From contig OZ024761.1 in assembly GCA_964016885.1 (NCBI GenBank), positions 26,412,001 to 26,476,000 of the forward strand: DNA of 64,000 nucleotides. The letters are read 5' to 3'. The notes under the pieces are model-generated. The model was not told the origin of the DNA. It did not search any database and was given only the letters and a program-made list of their open reading frames with translations. The translations under genes were made by a program, and so were the position numbers. This DNA comes from Eledone cirrhosa. Lineage: Eukaryota. Every line of letters begins with the position of its first letter. Position 1 is the first letter of the stretch. Positions 28,130 through 42,017 of the stretch are shown here, piece by piece.

Positions 28130-28274
28130 ATATTTATTAAAATAACAGATTAAAGTTTAAGCAAAGAATCGCTGCTTTCACCCTTAACGGGATCTTCTGA
28201 AACTCAGAAGATCCCGTTAAGGGTGAAAGCAGCGATTCTTTGCTTAAACTTTAATCTGTTATTTTAATAAATAT
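28130..28274. repeat. Perfect palindrome, 71-bp arms, 3-nt loop
   Basis: 28130-28200 is the reverse complement of 28204-28274; loop aac. Confidence 0.95.
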
Positions 28275-28319
28275 ATATATATATATATATATATATTGAA
28301 AGGATAACAAGGACGATTT

Positions 28320-28578
28320 GAGGTTTGGTAAGGAACCAGATGGACCATAACGCACCAGAGTACTCAATACTTAGGGTAGTAGAGTGGGTAATAGGAAAAT
28401 GTTTAACCCCGTTGACTTAGCTCAGACCTTTTGGACGGCTATTTCTGGACTCAGAAATAGCCGTCGATACGGCTTGAGCTCTGCCGTCGGGGTTAACATT
28501 TTCCTATTACCCACTCTACTACCCTTAGTATTGAGTACTCTGGTGCGTTATGGTCCATCTGGTTCCTTACCAAACCTC
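28320..28578. repeat. Fold-back element, about 90-bp near-perfect outer arms plus inner hairpin
   Basis: gaggtttggtaaggaaccagatggaccataacgcaccagagtactcaatac... and its reverse complement; inner gacggctatttctg/cagaaatagccgtc; single-arm relative at about 39727-39862. Confidence 0.9.
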
Positions 28579-28583
28579 CTTCG

Positions 28584-28616
<33 letters not shown>

Positions 28617-28677
28617 AATATTTTCGAAACAGCGAGTGGGTTTGAAATTATTAGAAATGTAAGCTATCGCCGTATTT

Positions 28678-29064
<387 letters not shown>

Positions 29065-29080
29065 TTATATATATATATGC

Positions 29081-29142
<62 letters not shown>

Positions 29143-29180
29143 TTATATATATATATATACATTTATATATATATATATAC

Positions 29181-29241
<61 letters not shown>

Positions 29242-29306
29242 CACATTTATATATATATATAATCCTTATCGAGCCCTCTTCTTATTCTAGTCCTCACGTT
29301 TATTAT

Positions 29307-29343
<37 letters not shown>

Positions 29344-29612
29344 TATATATACACGAAGACACATAAAGTACCAGTAATACACTGAGGTCATATTAGACTT
29401 AAATCAGAAACCAGTACTATAATTTCTCCCTAATATTATTTGTTATTCAGCTGAGAGTAAGATATGTGCTGTGGCATAAGTATTATTCCCGGATGAGACG
29501 TTGCCGGTTTAATTTGAAATTTATTAACAACAGGCAAAATTATTTGACCTTGTCGAATGATTTATAGCAGCTCACACACAAGGTGAGCACATATTATACA
29601 GCGTATATACAA

Positions 29613-29677
<65 letters not shown>

Positions 29678-29714
29678 CGATATATATGCATGCATGTGTG
29701 CGACTGTATGTGTG

Positions 29715-29771
<57 letters not shown>

Positions 29772-29834
29772 ATGCATATGTATAAATATATATATATACA
29801 AACACATGCTTATGTGCGCCTGTATGTGTGTATG

Positions 29835-29880
<46 letters not shown>

Positions 29881-29949
29881 GTGTGTATGCATATGTATAA
29901 ATATATATATATACAAACACATGCTTATGTGCGCCTGTATGTGTGTATG

Positions 29950-29992
<43 letters not shown>

Positions 29993-30105
29993 GTGTGTGT
30001 TTATGTATAAATATATATATACAAACACATGCATATGTGCGCCTGTATGTGTGTGTATATATATATATATATGTATATATACATACATACAGGTATGTGT
30101 GTATG

Positions 30106-30140
<35 letters not shown>

Positions 30141-32574
30141 CTATGTATGTATGTATGTATGTATGTATATGTTAGCCAGTGGGTATATTTATGCTTATAT
30201 ATGTGAGTCATTGTAATGTTGAAGTAAATCTTTGCCATTGGGGTCTATTCTATTTGCTGTGACATATCTCCATAAATATGTCTGTATGGAAATGTTGGTG
30301 AGGTCTATGATTGCCCTCTCTTTCTGACTAAGGTCTCTTTGGTAACAACGAATTAATTAGCTCCACGTAATTGTTAACACTACACCATTATAAAGGAAAT
30401 ACAAAGAAAAGCTATTGAAGGAGATTGGAGCAAAGTGACTATGTCTGCATTAGTCTTTCCATTGCTAATAGTTGCTAATAGTCTGTTAGTCACAACTCCT
30501 GGCAGAAGAAAGATGCTGATCGTAAGATCGGATAAACTAACCAACGCTTCAATTGTTCTTTCCATTGCTGAACTTTTCTACCGGTTGGAAATCTGAACTA
30601 TAATAAAGTAAGGGGTGCTGGACTGCGTCCAGAATATATTTTTTATCCCCTTAGTAAAATCAGTTGGATTACTTTGAATAAATAATTGTTTCTACTTTTG
30701 GCACAAGGCCAGCAATAACCCAGTACATTACTGGTACTTTATTTTATCGACCCCCGTAAGGATGAAAGGCAAAGTTAACCTCGACGGGATTTGAACTCTC
30801 ACCATAAAGGGGTCTTTTTCTTCTTGTTGTGTCCACAAGAATATCAATTACAAAGCTTGGCTAGATGTGATTCCGCCGCAACTGAACACATTGCTGTCCT
30901 TTCTCATTAAACTCTACCAAGTCCAATGCTTAGCAGGGGTGTTCTAGCAGGGGGCATATCAGGAGGTGCTGTGGTGCCAGTGATTCGATACCGCAGTCAC
31001 ACACAACGTCCCCAACCTTTAAATATCCCCATTTTGCAAGTATGGATGTCGCTGAAATTCATATACAGTGTAACCCCGGCATTCATGGTTTCGGTTATTC
31101 GCGGAATTTGCTTAGAACCCAACTAATAATTGTTCGTTGAAACCACCACATATTTGCGGAATCGTAAATATCTTCTGTAATTTTTTAATGGCATTTTTCG
31201 AGGCATTATATATATTTTTAACGCTAAATTATTAATAACAAAATATCGTATTTGCCGGCCTATTGGACGCCCGCCCCTTCACATATGACGCTCCCTCTTT
31301 TTTTAAATTATATTTTACGTTATATTTTGATAGTCATAGGTAATTTTTATGGACCACGTCAGATAGTCGGGGATGTTCACCTTTCGTGGGTGTTCTAGGA
31401 ACGTAAATTCCGCGAATAACTGGAACAGCTGTTTCGATTACTATTCATGTATCGCGGTTTTTGTCATGGTTTCTCTATCTTTCATGGTTTTCACCTGGTG
31501 TTTATTATAAAAACCTTTTTTTAAACGGATAAATTATATCCCTGACGAAATTGGAGGGCAGATTTGCAACGTTGCCAGAGATCTCTGTTATTATATACGA
31601 GATTTAACGAGATTTAATGAAATATATAACAGGGTACGTGTTGTTTTCGAGAATAGGCGATTAAATACTGCGTGTATTGTTTGTGTGTGTGAGAGAAAGC
31701 GTGTGTGACTGTATGTGAGTGTGTATGTTTCTGAGAGAGAGTGTGTGTGTGCGTGTGTATTTGTGTGTAGAATGTGTGTGTTTTTGTGTAGAAGTGCAAC
31801 GTGTGTGTGTGTATGTAGAAGTGCAGCATGTGTGTGAGGTTATGTGTTTGTTTGCGTGTGTGTGTAGAAAAGCAACAGATGTGTGTGTGTGTATGTGTGT
31901 AGAAAAGCTGCAGGTATGTGTGGGTGTATGTGTTAGTGTGTGTGTGTATGTAGAACAGCGGCCGATGTGTGTGTGTGTATGTCTGTGTCTGTGTGTGTGC
32001 CTATGTGTGTGTGTGTGGGGGTCTGGAACAGCGGCCGATGTGTATGCGTGTGTTTATGTGTGTGTGTGTATGTGTCTGTATGTAGTGATGTGTCTGTGTG
32101 TGTATGTATGTATGTGTCTGTGTATGTGTGTGTTTTCATGTGTTTCTGTGTATTTCTGTGTGTATGTTTCTGTGTGCGTATGTATGTGTATGATGTGTAT
32201 GTGTATGTATGTATGTGTGTGTGTGTATGTGTGTCTGTGTGTGTATCTGTATATTTAGCAGAAGAGCAGCTGTGTGGTTTGATAGCTAGATGGTAAGAGA
32301 TGATTAATAAACGGTGGACAATATCAGAATATCAGAATCGTTTGCCGTTGGAGAAATACAAATAAATTACAGGATGTCAATTATACGAAGAATTTCAATG
32401 GAGACAGAAGCTTCCTCGCTAGAATTTTGCTTTATTTCAAATTACAGATTGTAATGATATTTGGAGAAATAATTCGGGAGAAAGGATAATGTGAGAGATT
32501 ACCCGCAGATGATTCTGTCGAGAAACCACATAGGCTGGCATTGACGTTGTGAAAACCGACTTTAGCTTCAACAA

Positions 32575-33100
32575 TTTGGTCTCGACTACAAACTTGTCCG
32601 AAGGCGACCGATACATGGAGAGTTTACCCACCCTCCTCAGCTTGAAATGCAGCAGAACCTCGGTTAGTCGCAAACTGCACCAGGTTGCCGCTGGACAATG
32701 TGTCATTGCATCTGGCATCCCAGACGAGCTGGGTCGGGAAGCCTGCAGCATCCAAGCCATGCTTTATGATCTCGTTGAGAGCAGCATGGCGTTGGCAGGC
32801 AGCCGGCATTAATTTCAATGTAAGAAGGTGACCGATACATGGAGAGTTTACCCTCCTCAGCTTGAAATGCAGCAGAACCTGGGTTAGTCCCAAACTGCAC
32901 CAGGTTGCCGCTGGACAATGTGTCATTGCATCTGGCATCCCAGACGAGCTGGGTCGGGAAGCCTGCAGCATCCAAGCCATGCTTTATGATCTCGTTGAGA
33001 GCAGCATGGCGTTGGCAAGCGGCCGGCATTAATTGGTGACATTTCAATGCAAAAGTCGTTTGGATTGGCCATAGAATCTGACACTATGCTTCGAGTCAAA
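32575..33100 (-). mobile_element. CRE-clade non-LTR retrotransposon fragment (restriction-like endonuclease region), with about 220-bp internal tandem duplication
   Basis: RHAALNEIIKHGLDAAGFPTQL/VWDARCNDTL...GSAAFQAEEGKLSMY, matching the RH..LN.II..AL..AG.P / VWD..C.DT / AE..K..KY pattern; the catalytic RPDG segment is deleted. Confidence 0.7.
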
Positions 33101-33189
33101 GCTTGCTATCAAAAGATCTAAGGACTCACGCAATTCGCCGCCCCTTCTCCTAGCTCCATAGGCAGGTATAGATTGTTTAAGTATATAAT

Positions 33190-33875
33190 GGCTTCTTATA
33201 TAGGCACAAGCCCAACAATTTTGGAGGGAGTGGAAAGTCGATTAAATCGACCCGAATGCGTGACTGGTACTTTATTTTATCGACCCTGTAAGGATGAAAG
33301 GCAAAGTTAACCTCAACCGGATTTGAACACAGATCATAAAGGGCCGTAACTCTTTGCTGCAAAGCATCTACCGATACTGCCAATCCATCTGTTTAAATAT
33401 ATAATTGTTTCCACTTTTGGCATAAGGCCAGCAATTATCCCAGTGTATTACTGGTACTTTATTTTATCGACCCCGTAAGGATGAAAGACAAAGTTAACCT
33501 CGGCGGGAATTGAACGCAATCCGTAAAGGGACGTAACTGTGCTGCAAAGCATGGAGTCCGACCCTCTACCGATACTGCCAATCCACCGCCATGTTGTTTA
33601 AAATATATAATGGTTTCTAATTTAGGCAAAAGACTGCGATTTTGAAGTGAAAGAAAAGTCGATTATGTTAACATTATCTGAACAGAAGGGCGGCGGATTA
33701 GCAGAATCGGTAGAACGTCAGATGGCATTCTTTGTAGCATAGCGTTATGGTCTTTTATATTCTGAGTTCAAATCCCGCCGAGGTTAACTTTGCGTTTCAT
33801 CTTTACGGGGATGATAAAATAAAGTACCAGTAAAGTACTGGGTCATTGCTGGCCTTGTCCCCAAAGTAGAAACAA
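33190..33875. mobile_element. Three dominant-family SINE copies (two minus, one plus)
   Basis: Core sequence matches. Confidence 0.75.
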
Positions 33876-33881
33876 TAAAGA

Positions 33882-33912
<31 letters not shown>

Positions 33913-33917
33913 GTCTA

Positions 33918-34741
33918 CCCTTGGAAAGTCGCTGGACATGGAAGAGGACAAACTGGCCAGCCTGTTCGGTAGGACTTTTGGCCCGGGACCAATGGACAAC
34001 TTCCAGAAGTCACTAGCCTGGCAGTCCTACCGGGGGGGGGGGCTCTACCCGTTCAAGAGAGGCTCTACAGACACGGGCGCCCGGGCAGGGATCCCTCTAA
34101 AAAGATTTGCCCTAGATGCGTGCGTCACGAAGAAACCGTTGCGCACGCATTGGTGCAATGTCCGGGCGTGGCTGATTTGTGGGGCTACGCCGAACGACTG
34201 CTCTCGCGGGTGGCGCCGATTCGATTGACCACAGAGTCCGTGATGACAATCAAGCCGCCTCCCCTCTTCACAAAGGAAGCAAAGGCGGTTTTTCTGTGCG
34301 TAATAGCCATGCTGAAAGAGGTTGTTTGGTGGACACGATTGAAAGGTCTGAGGTCAGGCAACTTCTTCTCTGGCCATAGTCTAGGCTACTTCTTCCGATA
34401 TCACTTCGGAAGAAGGATAAGAATGGAGAGAGAGGTGCTTGGCCACCGGCAGTTTTATGAAAGGTGGGTGATAGTGGCGAGAATGGCTCGTGTAAATGGG
34501 CCTTCTCTATATACCATCCTGTAGGTAAAGAAGTGAAGGAGAGGGGAGCACCTTCTCCATGTGCTCCCCGGGCAAAGGATTGCACACTTTTTCGGGGGTG
34601 TGTGCAACCCCCATCACGTCCCCTCCCTTTTGAGGTTGTTTTCGATTATTTTCATTTTATACCCTTTTTACTCGATTATATGTAAACTCCCCCTTTGTAT
34701 TTGTCCCTTCTTTTTATGCCTTTATGGTAAATAAAGAAATA
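33918..34741 (+). mobile_element. 5'-truncated Tx1/L1-clade LINE: zf-RVT C-terminus plus 3' UTR
   Basis: AWQSYRG(fs)LPVQERLYRHG...CPRCVRHEETVAHALVQCPGVADLW; frameshift in the G-run near 34032-34042; AATAAA at the end; 16-bp TSD tatctatctatgtcta at 33902-33917 and 34742-34757. Confidence 0.85.
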
Positions 34742-34899
34742 TATCTATCTATGTCTATAGAAACATATCTATCTATGTCTATATCTATATATCTTTCTCT
34801 ATATCAATAAATCAATCTATGTTTCTATCAATCTATGTATATATCTATCTATCTATCTATCTATGTATATATCTATCTATCTATCTATATATGTCTATT

Positions 34900-35015
34900 G
34901 TTAATTTTATATTTGTTATTTGTTTTTTTACTCGTTCTTTTGTGTAAACTAACCCCCCTCCCCCTCCCTTGTATTTGACCCCTTCTTTTGTGCCCTCGTG
35001 GCAATAAATAGAAAT
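34900..35015 (+). mobile_element. Short 3' end of a related Tx1-like LINE
   Basis: tgtaaact..ccccc..cttgtatttgaccccttcttttgtgccctcgtggcaataaatagaaat parallels 34681-34740. Confidence 0.65.
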
Positions 35016-35427
35016 TAATCTATGTTTCCATCTAACTAAGTATATATCTATTTATCTATCTATCTATCCATTCATATGTCTCTTTCGCTATCTCTCTCTC
35101 TCTCTCTCTTCTAAATACATACATATATGTGTTATTGATGTTGTTATTGTAATTGACCTGTAGCCAGTTTAAGACGTTGGAATATATCATCTGACAAAAG
35201 TGCGGTGTTTTTACATACTGAGCCAGTGACCAACACATATACTGACACACTGACCAACATATGCTGTGACCTATTGACCGTCACACGCTGTGAACTATAG
35301 TTGCTATACATTCTTCACTTCTCTGTCCAGGAGTGTCCTTACAACTTCACACAAAGGAAGCCTAGCCGAGGGTGGCTGCTGGTGATGAGTGGACGTGGTT
35401 GAAGTTCTATCTATTTTTGTAAACAAG

Positions 35428-35696
35428 GAAGATGAAAGACCAAAGGAGCACCCCCTCTCTGTGCTCCTGAGGAGAAGGGTTGCACACTTTTTTCGGGGGG
35501 GGGGGGGGCGATCCCCAAGGTGCCTCATCCCTATTGAGGATTTTGTTATAAAATTTATTTTGTTATATTTTATTTTATTTTTATACTTTTATATCTTGTT
35601 ATTGCCTCCTCCATATTGAGGACGCCTGGTTCTGTAAACTCCCCCCTTTGTACTTGTCCCACTTTTTGATGCCCTGGTGGCAAATAAAAAGAAAGT
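35428..35696 (+). mobile_element. 5'-truncated Tx1-like LINE 3' UTR with 20-bp TSD
   Basis: Shares ttgcacactttttcgggg and tgtaaactccccctttgta..tgtccc with the 34.5-34.7 kb UTR; TSD tatctatttttgtaaacaag at 35408-35427 and 35697-35716. Confidence 0.8.
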
Positions 35697-36720
35697 TATC
35701 TATTTTTGTAAACAAGTAAATTGACCATGAAAAAATGAGTCAATCTTTTAACTGATTTCGAAAGCAATTTAATTTTTAAAATACTACAAACTACGACTTA
35801 ATATTTCCATTATATATATTCCTTTAATTACTAAGGGGTCGATAAAGTAAAGTACCAGTAATGTACTGGGTTTGACTTAATCAGCTTTCCCCTCCTCCTA
35901 TAATTGCTGGCCCTGTGCCTATAGTAGAAATCATTATTATTATTGTTATATTTGGGGAGAGTCATGTTGTTATAATTGTTTCTACTTTAGGCACAAGGCC
36001 AGCAATCACCCAGTGTATTACTGGTACTTTATTTTATCGACCCCGTAAGGATGAAAGGCAAAGTCAACCTCGGCGGGATTTGAACTCAGATCGTAAAGGG
36101 ACGTAACTATGCTGGAAAGCATGGCGTCCGACCCCATGTTGTTATAATATGGCCAGAGTTGAAATTATTGCATGCAAGATTTCACAGCTCTAGCGTCTAT
36201 CCTTCATAGTCAACAGATGAACATTTAAGCCCATCTCCGTGGTGGTGGGGAAACCGGTTTAGTTACTGACAACTCGACCACGATGATGGTAGTACTGGGT
36301 TAGATGGTAATAGTAGCACGCAGATAACCTGACCTGACCAGACCAGGGTTCGGTGGATGGCGCGGGGGGGGGGGGGCTGGTTTAGTCACCGACCACTTGG
36401 CCATGAAGGAGGTTGCACTCGGTTACATGGTACCAGTAGCTGATAGAAGCCTGGCCTGAACAGGCCTGGGACTGATGGGGTAGCTTCTTTATTTGCCGAC
36501 CTCTCAACCATGAAGAAGATTGTATTGTGCTACATGATACCAGTAGCAGGAAGAAGCCTGTCCTGACCAGACCAGGGGTTAGTGGGGGAGCCTGATTAGT
36601 TACCGACCTCTTGACCATGAAGCTGGTTGTACTGGGTTACATGGACCAGTAGCAGGCAGAAGCTTGTCCTGAACATATCAGGGTTGTGTGGACGAGCCAG
36701 TTTTCTTGCTGACCACTTGA

Positions 36721-37260
36721 CCATGAAGCAGGTTTTTAGTTGGTTACATGGTACCTGTAGCAGACAGAAACCTGAACTAACCATGAAGCAGGTTTTTACT
36801 GGATTGCATGATACCAGTAGCTGGCAGAAGCCTAACCTGACCATGAAGCAGGTTTTTACTGGGTTACATGGTACCTGTAGCAGACAGAAGCCTAACCTGA
36901 CCACGAAGCAGGTTTTTACTGGATTACATGATACCAGTAGCTGGCAGAAGCCTAACCTGATCATGAAGCAGGTTTTTACTGGGTTACATGATACCAGTAG
37001 CTGGCAGAAGCCTAACCTGACCATGAAGCAGGTTTTTACTGGGTTACATGGTACCTGTAGCAGACAGAAGCCTAACCTGACCATGAAGCAGGTTTTTACT
37101 GGATTACATGATACCAGTAGCTGGCAGAAGCCTAACCTGATCATGAAGCAGGTTTTTACTGGGTTACATGATACCAGTAGCTGGCAGAAGCCTAACCTGA
37201 TCATGAAGTAGGTTTTTACTGGATTACATGGTACCAGTAGCTGGCAGAAGCTTGACCTGA
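36721..37260. repeat. 60-bp tandem minisatellite, 9 copies, with degenerate flanking units
   Basis: Unit ccatgaagcaggtttttactgggttacatggtacctgtagcagacagaagcctaacctga aligned line by line. Confidence 0.95.
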
Positions 37261-37438
37261 CCGACATACGGTCTGGTTGGGGTGCTGGTTTGTTGCTAAA
37301 TTACTCAAACATGAAGCATATTTTTACTGGGTTACATGATATCAGTGACAGACAGTATCCTATCCTTACCATAATTTGGATTCTGAAGATTAAATTCAAG
37401 AATTATTCAATAATTATTTATGCCTAACATAGCATGAA

Positions 37439-37648
37439 GGCGTGTTGCAGAGTGGTTAGAGAACTGGATTCACAATCGTGGGGTGGTCAGTCCGAGTCCA
37501 GGACCAGGTGATGCGTTATGTCCTTGAGCAAGACACTTTATTTCACGTTGCTCCTTCTACCTGGAGTTGCGACCGATTGATAGTATTAGCAATTGGAAAG
37601 ACCAATGGAAACATTGTTTCCTCGCTCTGATTTGACGAAAGTCGATCG
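37439..37648 (+). mobile_element. tRNA-headed CORE-like SINE; inverse copy at about 46379-46580
   Basis: gagtggttagag head, tgtccttgagcaagacacttt core, shared tail gcaattggaaagaccaa..gatttgacgaaagtcgatcg. Confidence 0.65.
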
Positions 37649-38175
37649 ACAAATTTTTGACATAGTATTTTCTTCTAAACAACAACAACCACAACAAAAA
37701 ATCCGCCATTGTAGCAGTGAAGCGTTAAATTAATTATTGTTACGGAGTGTTGTTTTGTGGAAAACATGCTTTCAACCAGTAATTAGAGACTTAGACGTCT
37801 TACAATTGTTTGGTTATGTTCATTAAGAGTCTGCTTACTTCCCACATGATGGTGTGTATATGTGTGTGTGTATGTGTGTATGTGTGTGCGCGTGTGTGTG
37901 TCAGAATGTGTGTGTCAATGTCAGAATGTGTGGTTCTGTGTGTCTTTGTCAGAATGTGTGTGTGTCTGTGTGTCAGAATGTGTGTGTCTTTGTCTGTGAG
38001 AATGTGTGTCTGTGTGTCAGAATGTGTGTGTCTTTGTCTGTCAGAATGTGTGTCTGTGTGTCAGAATGTGTGTGTCTTTGTCTGTCAGAATGTGTGCCTG
38101 TGTGTGTGAATGTGTGTAAGTGTCAGAATGTTTCTATGTGCCTGTCTGTCATAAAATGTATGTGTGTGCGTGTGC

Positions 38176-38215
<40 letters not shown>

Positions 38216-38272
38216 GTGTGTCTCTGTGTGTGTGTCAGAATATGTGTCGGTGTTTCTCTGTGTGTGTGTTTG

Positions 38273-38310
<38 letters not shown>

Positions 38311-38615
38311 TCAATGTATGTGTATCTCTCACTCTTTCATTCTGTGTGTATGTGTCTGCGAGTGTGTGTGTTTGGATGTGTGTGAGAGAGAGAGAAAAAG
38401 GGTTTTGGTGACGTGTTCCCATATTTTAGTATGATTATAGCAGTGTTTGTGTGGTGGTTGGGGGGGGGAGTCAAATTTGTTTAGCTAGTCCCCATATTTT
38501 AATTATATATATGTATATATATATATATAGAGAGAGATATATATAAATAGATATATACTGCCAAGACTGGAATTGAACCATCAGCACAGTTGAGGTATGT
38601 CGGACATCTATTTAA

Positions 38616-38675
38616 TTTATCTGAAGAGGACGTACTGAGGAAACAGCACAGTACCTCTGAAATATATATAATAAA
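38616..38675 (+). ncRNA. Minimal type-I hammerhead ribozyme (Penelope-like terminal repeat)
   Basis: TTTAT-CTGAAGA-stem II (GTACTG/CAGTAC)-GAAA-TATATA-TA-ATAAA. Confidence 0.65.
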
Positions 38676-39545
38676 ATATATTTGATCACATGAATGTCTA
38701 TATTTATGAATATTTTGAATTAATATTAATAACTCCAGAAAACTTACTTGTTGAGTGCTTCTAATCTATTGTAAAACTATATTCATTGATTAATCAATGA
38801 ACCTCGTTTAACTTTTGGTCATATATATATATATATATATATATATGCAATTTTTTTGCATGATTTACACATACTGAATTCATTTGCCAAAATCTGGGGT
38901 TTTTCCCCTTGTGAGTTACGCATGTGCTTTTACAAAGCCCTGTATCATTCACAAAGTTGGCGCAGAGCAAAATACCTGTTGGTAACGTGATATTCCTTGT
39001 TCGATCAGACAGTATTATCCTTTTAAGCAGACAGTATTATTGATTTAGGTGGATTGGCAGTATCGGTAGAGGGCGGTGGGTTGGCAGTATCGGTAGAGGG
39101 TCGGACGCCATGCTTTCCAGCATAGTTACGTCCCTTTACGATCTGAGTTCAAATCCCGCCGAGGTTAACTTTGCCTATCATCCTTACGGGGTCGAAAAAA
39201 TAAAGTATCAGTAATGCACTGGGTAATTGCTGGCCTTGTACCTACAGTAGAAACAATTATTGATTTAGGTGTCATAAAAACCCTGTATTTGGATTTTACC
39301 ATCAATTCCAATGGGTCCAGGCCCGTTATATCATTTATTTTGTTTGACCTGTTTAGCTTGACTGGTTTTTTGGCTTAGGTGGTTAATGCCTTCTTGACCA
39401 CTTTTTTCAGTTTGTATGACGTTTTAACACACATTTTTAGCTCTAGTTTTTTAACTATGGATCGCTTGACAGCAGAACTCTGATTTTGCGTTTCGCTTCG
39501 CTTTTTCTACCCGCCGAAATGCGATTCTCGCTGAATTTATATTTG

Positions 39546-39609
<64 letters not shown>

Positions 39610-39684
39610 TGATGGTAGCTAAGATGCTTCCATAGACGGTATGCCGGTTGAGCACTCTATGCTCTGTAAGAGCAGAGTATGATA

Positions 39685-39728
<44 letters not shown>

Positions 39729-39858
39729 CGAAGGAATGGTGGTAAGGAACCAGATAGACTATAACGCACCAAAGTACTCAATACTTAGGGTAGTAGAGTG
39801 GGTAATAGGAACAAGTATGACCCCGACGGCAGAGCTCAAGCCGTTTCGGCTATTTCTG

Positions 39859-39903
<45 letters not shown>

Positions 39904-40466
39904 CGTGCGTATCTATCTATGCTGTGTGTATGTTTGTTTTCATGTGTATATGCCTTTCTGCTGACTGTATGTTTGTGTGTGTGTGTCAGTGCATATATCT
40001 TTGTGCGCTGTATGTATGTTTCTGTGTACTGTGTGTATGTGTACTGTGTGTATATGTCTGTGTGTGTGTGTGAGAGAAGTGTTTGCTCAGCCGTGATAGT
40101 CATAGCAGATATCTGTTGAGGCAGCTTATTATTTTTTCTTCCTTTCTGAACACAACAACAACAACAGCAGCAGCAACAACAACAACAACATCAATAAAAT
40201 TATATTAACAATAACAACAACGCTATTATAATAAAGTACTATTAAAATATTATCATTAAATTAAAATAATAGGGAAATTATAATGACGGAATAATGATAT
40301 TTCTAAAAGAATTACATTGTGTATTTTTCTGTGCATTAAAAACGTGAAATATATGCAAGGCATAATATTAATGAAAAACTAACCATAGCATGTGACTAAA
40401 CAACACATATATATTCTATGTTGGGCTGAGAAATCTTGTAAATATTAATGGTTACTGAAATAAGAA

Positions 40467-40858
40467 TTGTTTCTACTTTTGGCACAAGGCCAGCAATTAC
40501 TCAGTACATTACTGGTACTTTATTTTATCGACCCCGTAAGGATGAAAGGCAAAGTTAACCTCGGCGGGATTTGAACTCAGAACGTAAAGGACCATAACTC
40601 TATGCTGTAAAGCATGGCGTCCGACCCTCTACCGATACTCCCAATTCACCGCCCTTCTACTATAATAAGAATTGTTTCTACTATTGGCACAAGGCCAGCA
40701 ATTACCCAGTACATTACTGGTACTTTATTTTATCGACCCCCTAAGGGTGAAAGGCAAAGTTATTTTGGCGGGATTTTTAACACAGAATGGCAAGGGCCGT
40801 AACTCTATGCGTCAAAGCAAGGCCTCCGACCCTCTACCGATACTGCCAATTCACCACC
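40467..40858 (-). mobile_element. Two tandem dominant-family SINE copies
   Basis: Core sequence matches. Confidence 0.8.
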
Positions 40859-40899
40859 CTGTAATACTATAATAATAATGGATTATAAATATAGTAGAG

Positions 40900-41380
40900 T
40901 AAAAATCTAGACATGACAGAGTTGGCCAATATATACACTAGTTAATATGTCGGCATTATAAAATCAAAGCTGCTGACAAGTGGTACATGCATTATCCTGA
41001 TGCTGTAACTGAAGAAGAAAAAATAACGATTCTATGGGACTTTCCTGTACATACTGACACGGTTATCAATGTCAATAGCCCGGATATTATTGTAAAAGAC
41101 AAACATAAAAAAATCTGTTTATTGATTGATATGAAAATCCCATGTGATCACAATATTGCGGCAAAGTATTTGACAAGCTCAGAGAATATAAAGATTTGCC
41201 CATTGAAATTGAGAAAATGTGGCATCTCAAGTTCGTTACAATAGCAGTGATTGTGGGAGCTGTGGGAATTATCAATAAAGGAACAGAACAACAGTATTCG
41301 AGAATGATCCCTGGTTTACCATCTCTCCAAGAGAAGAAAAATATTGTTTTAACTGGTACTACACATGTATTGAGAATGAT
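40900..41380 (+). mobile_element. R4/Dong-like non-LTR retrotransposon 3' fragment (restriction-like endonuclease)
   Basis: RHDRVGQYIH*..ILWDFPVHTD..NSPDIIVKDK..CLLIDMKIP..N(fs)K..YKDL.IEIEKMW...AVIVGAVG...VLTGTTHVLR. Confidence 0.8.
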
Positions 41381-41599
41381 AAACCTCTATGTATGTCTTC
41401 GTAAATCTGTGTGTGCATGAATATATATTATCAGGCTAAAATTCCTTTAATCAAAAATATGGTGAAAGCTAATTTCTAATTTCAAACCTGCTCAGTTTCA
41501 AAACATACTTACTTGCCATATATATATATATATATATATATATGTTGATATAAAACTGCACTATCCACAAGTGTTTTTAATCTTCATATCATGTCTTCC

Positions 41600-41670
41600 T
41601 ATTTTATCTGATGAAAACACAAATGTTATTGCATGATGATATTTGTTTTTGAAATGCGCATAATAAAATA
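41600..41670 (+). ncRNA. Minimal type-I hammerhead ribozyme
   Basis: TATTTTAT-CTGATGA-stem II (CAAATGTTAT/ATGATATTTG)-GAAA-TGCGCA-TA-ATAAAATA; perfect 8-bp stem I, palindromic stem III. Confidence 0.8.
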
Positions 41671-41865
41671 CATGGAACTCATTTAACCATCTTTTGATCT
41701 TATATATATATATATGAAGTATTTCCGTAGGAAAGGTAAAGGAAAAGAGAGTATTCTGTGTAGGCTATAGAGCTGTTTAGTTTTGTAATAACAACATAAG
41801 ATAATTATTTCATTTACCAGTGGTTTCTTGAAGAGGTTGACACTTATGTATATATATATATATAC

Positions 41866-42017
41866 AGTAATTGAGTGAAGAAGAACGCGATCGGCTGTAA
41901 AATAGGGTTTATTTAAAGTATTAACAATTGTTTCATAACCGGACTAATGAAACAATTGTTAATACTTTAAATAAACCCTATTGTACAGCCGACCACGTTA
42001 TTCATCACTCATTTACT
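41866..42017. repeat. Fold-back element, about 70-bp arms
   Basis: cggctgtaaaatagggtttatttaaagtattaacaattgtttcat and atgaaacaattgttaatactttaaataaaccctattgtacagccg. Confidence 0.85.

Noticed and set aside
30380-30595. Short open frames on both strands
   Set aside because: No homology recognised and no convincing splice sites
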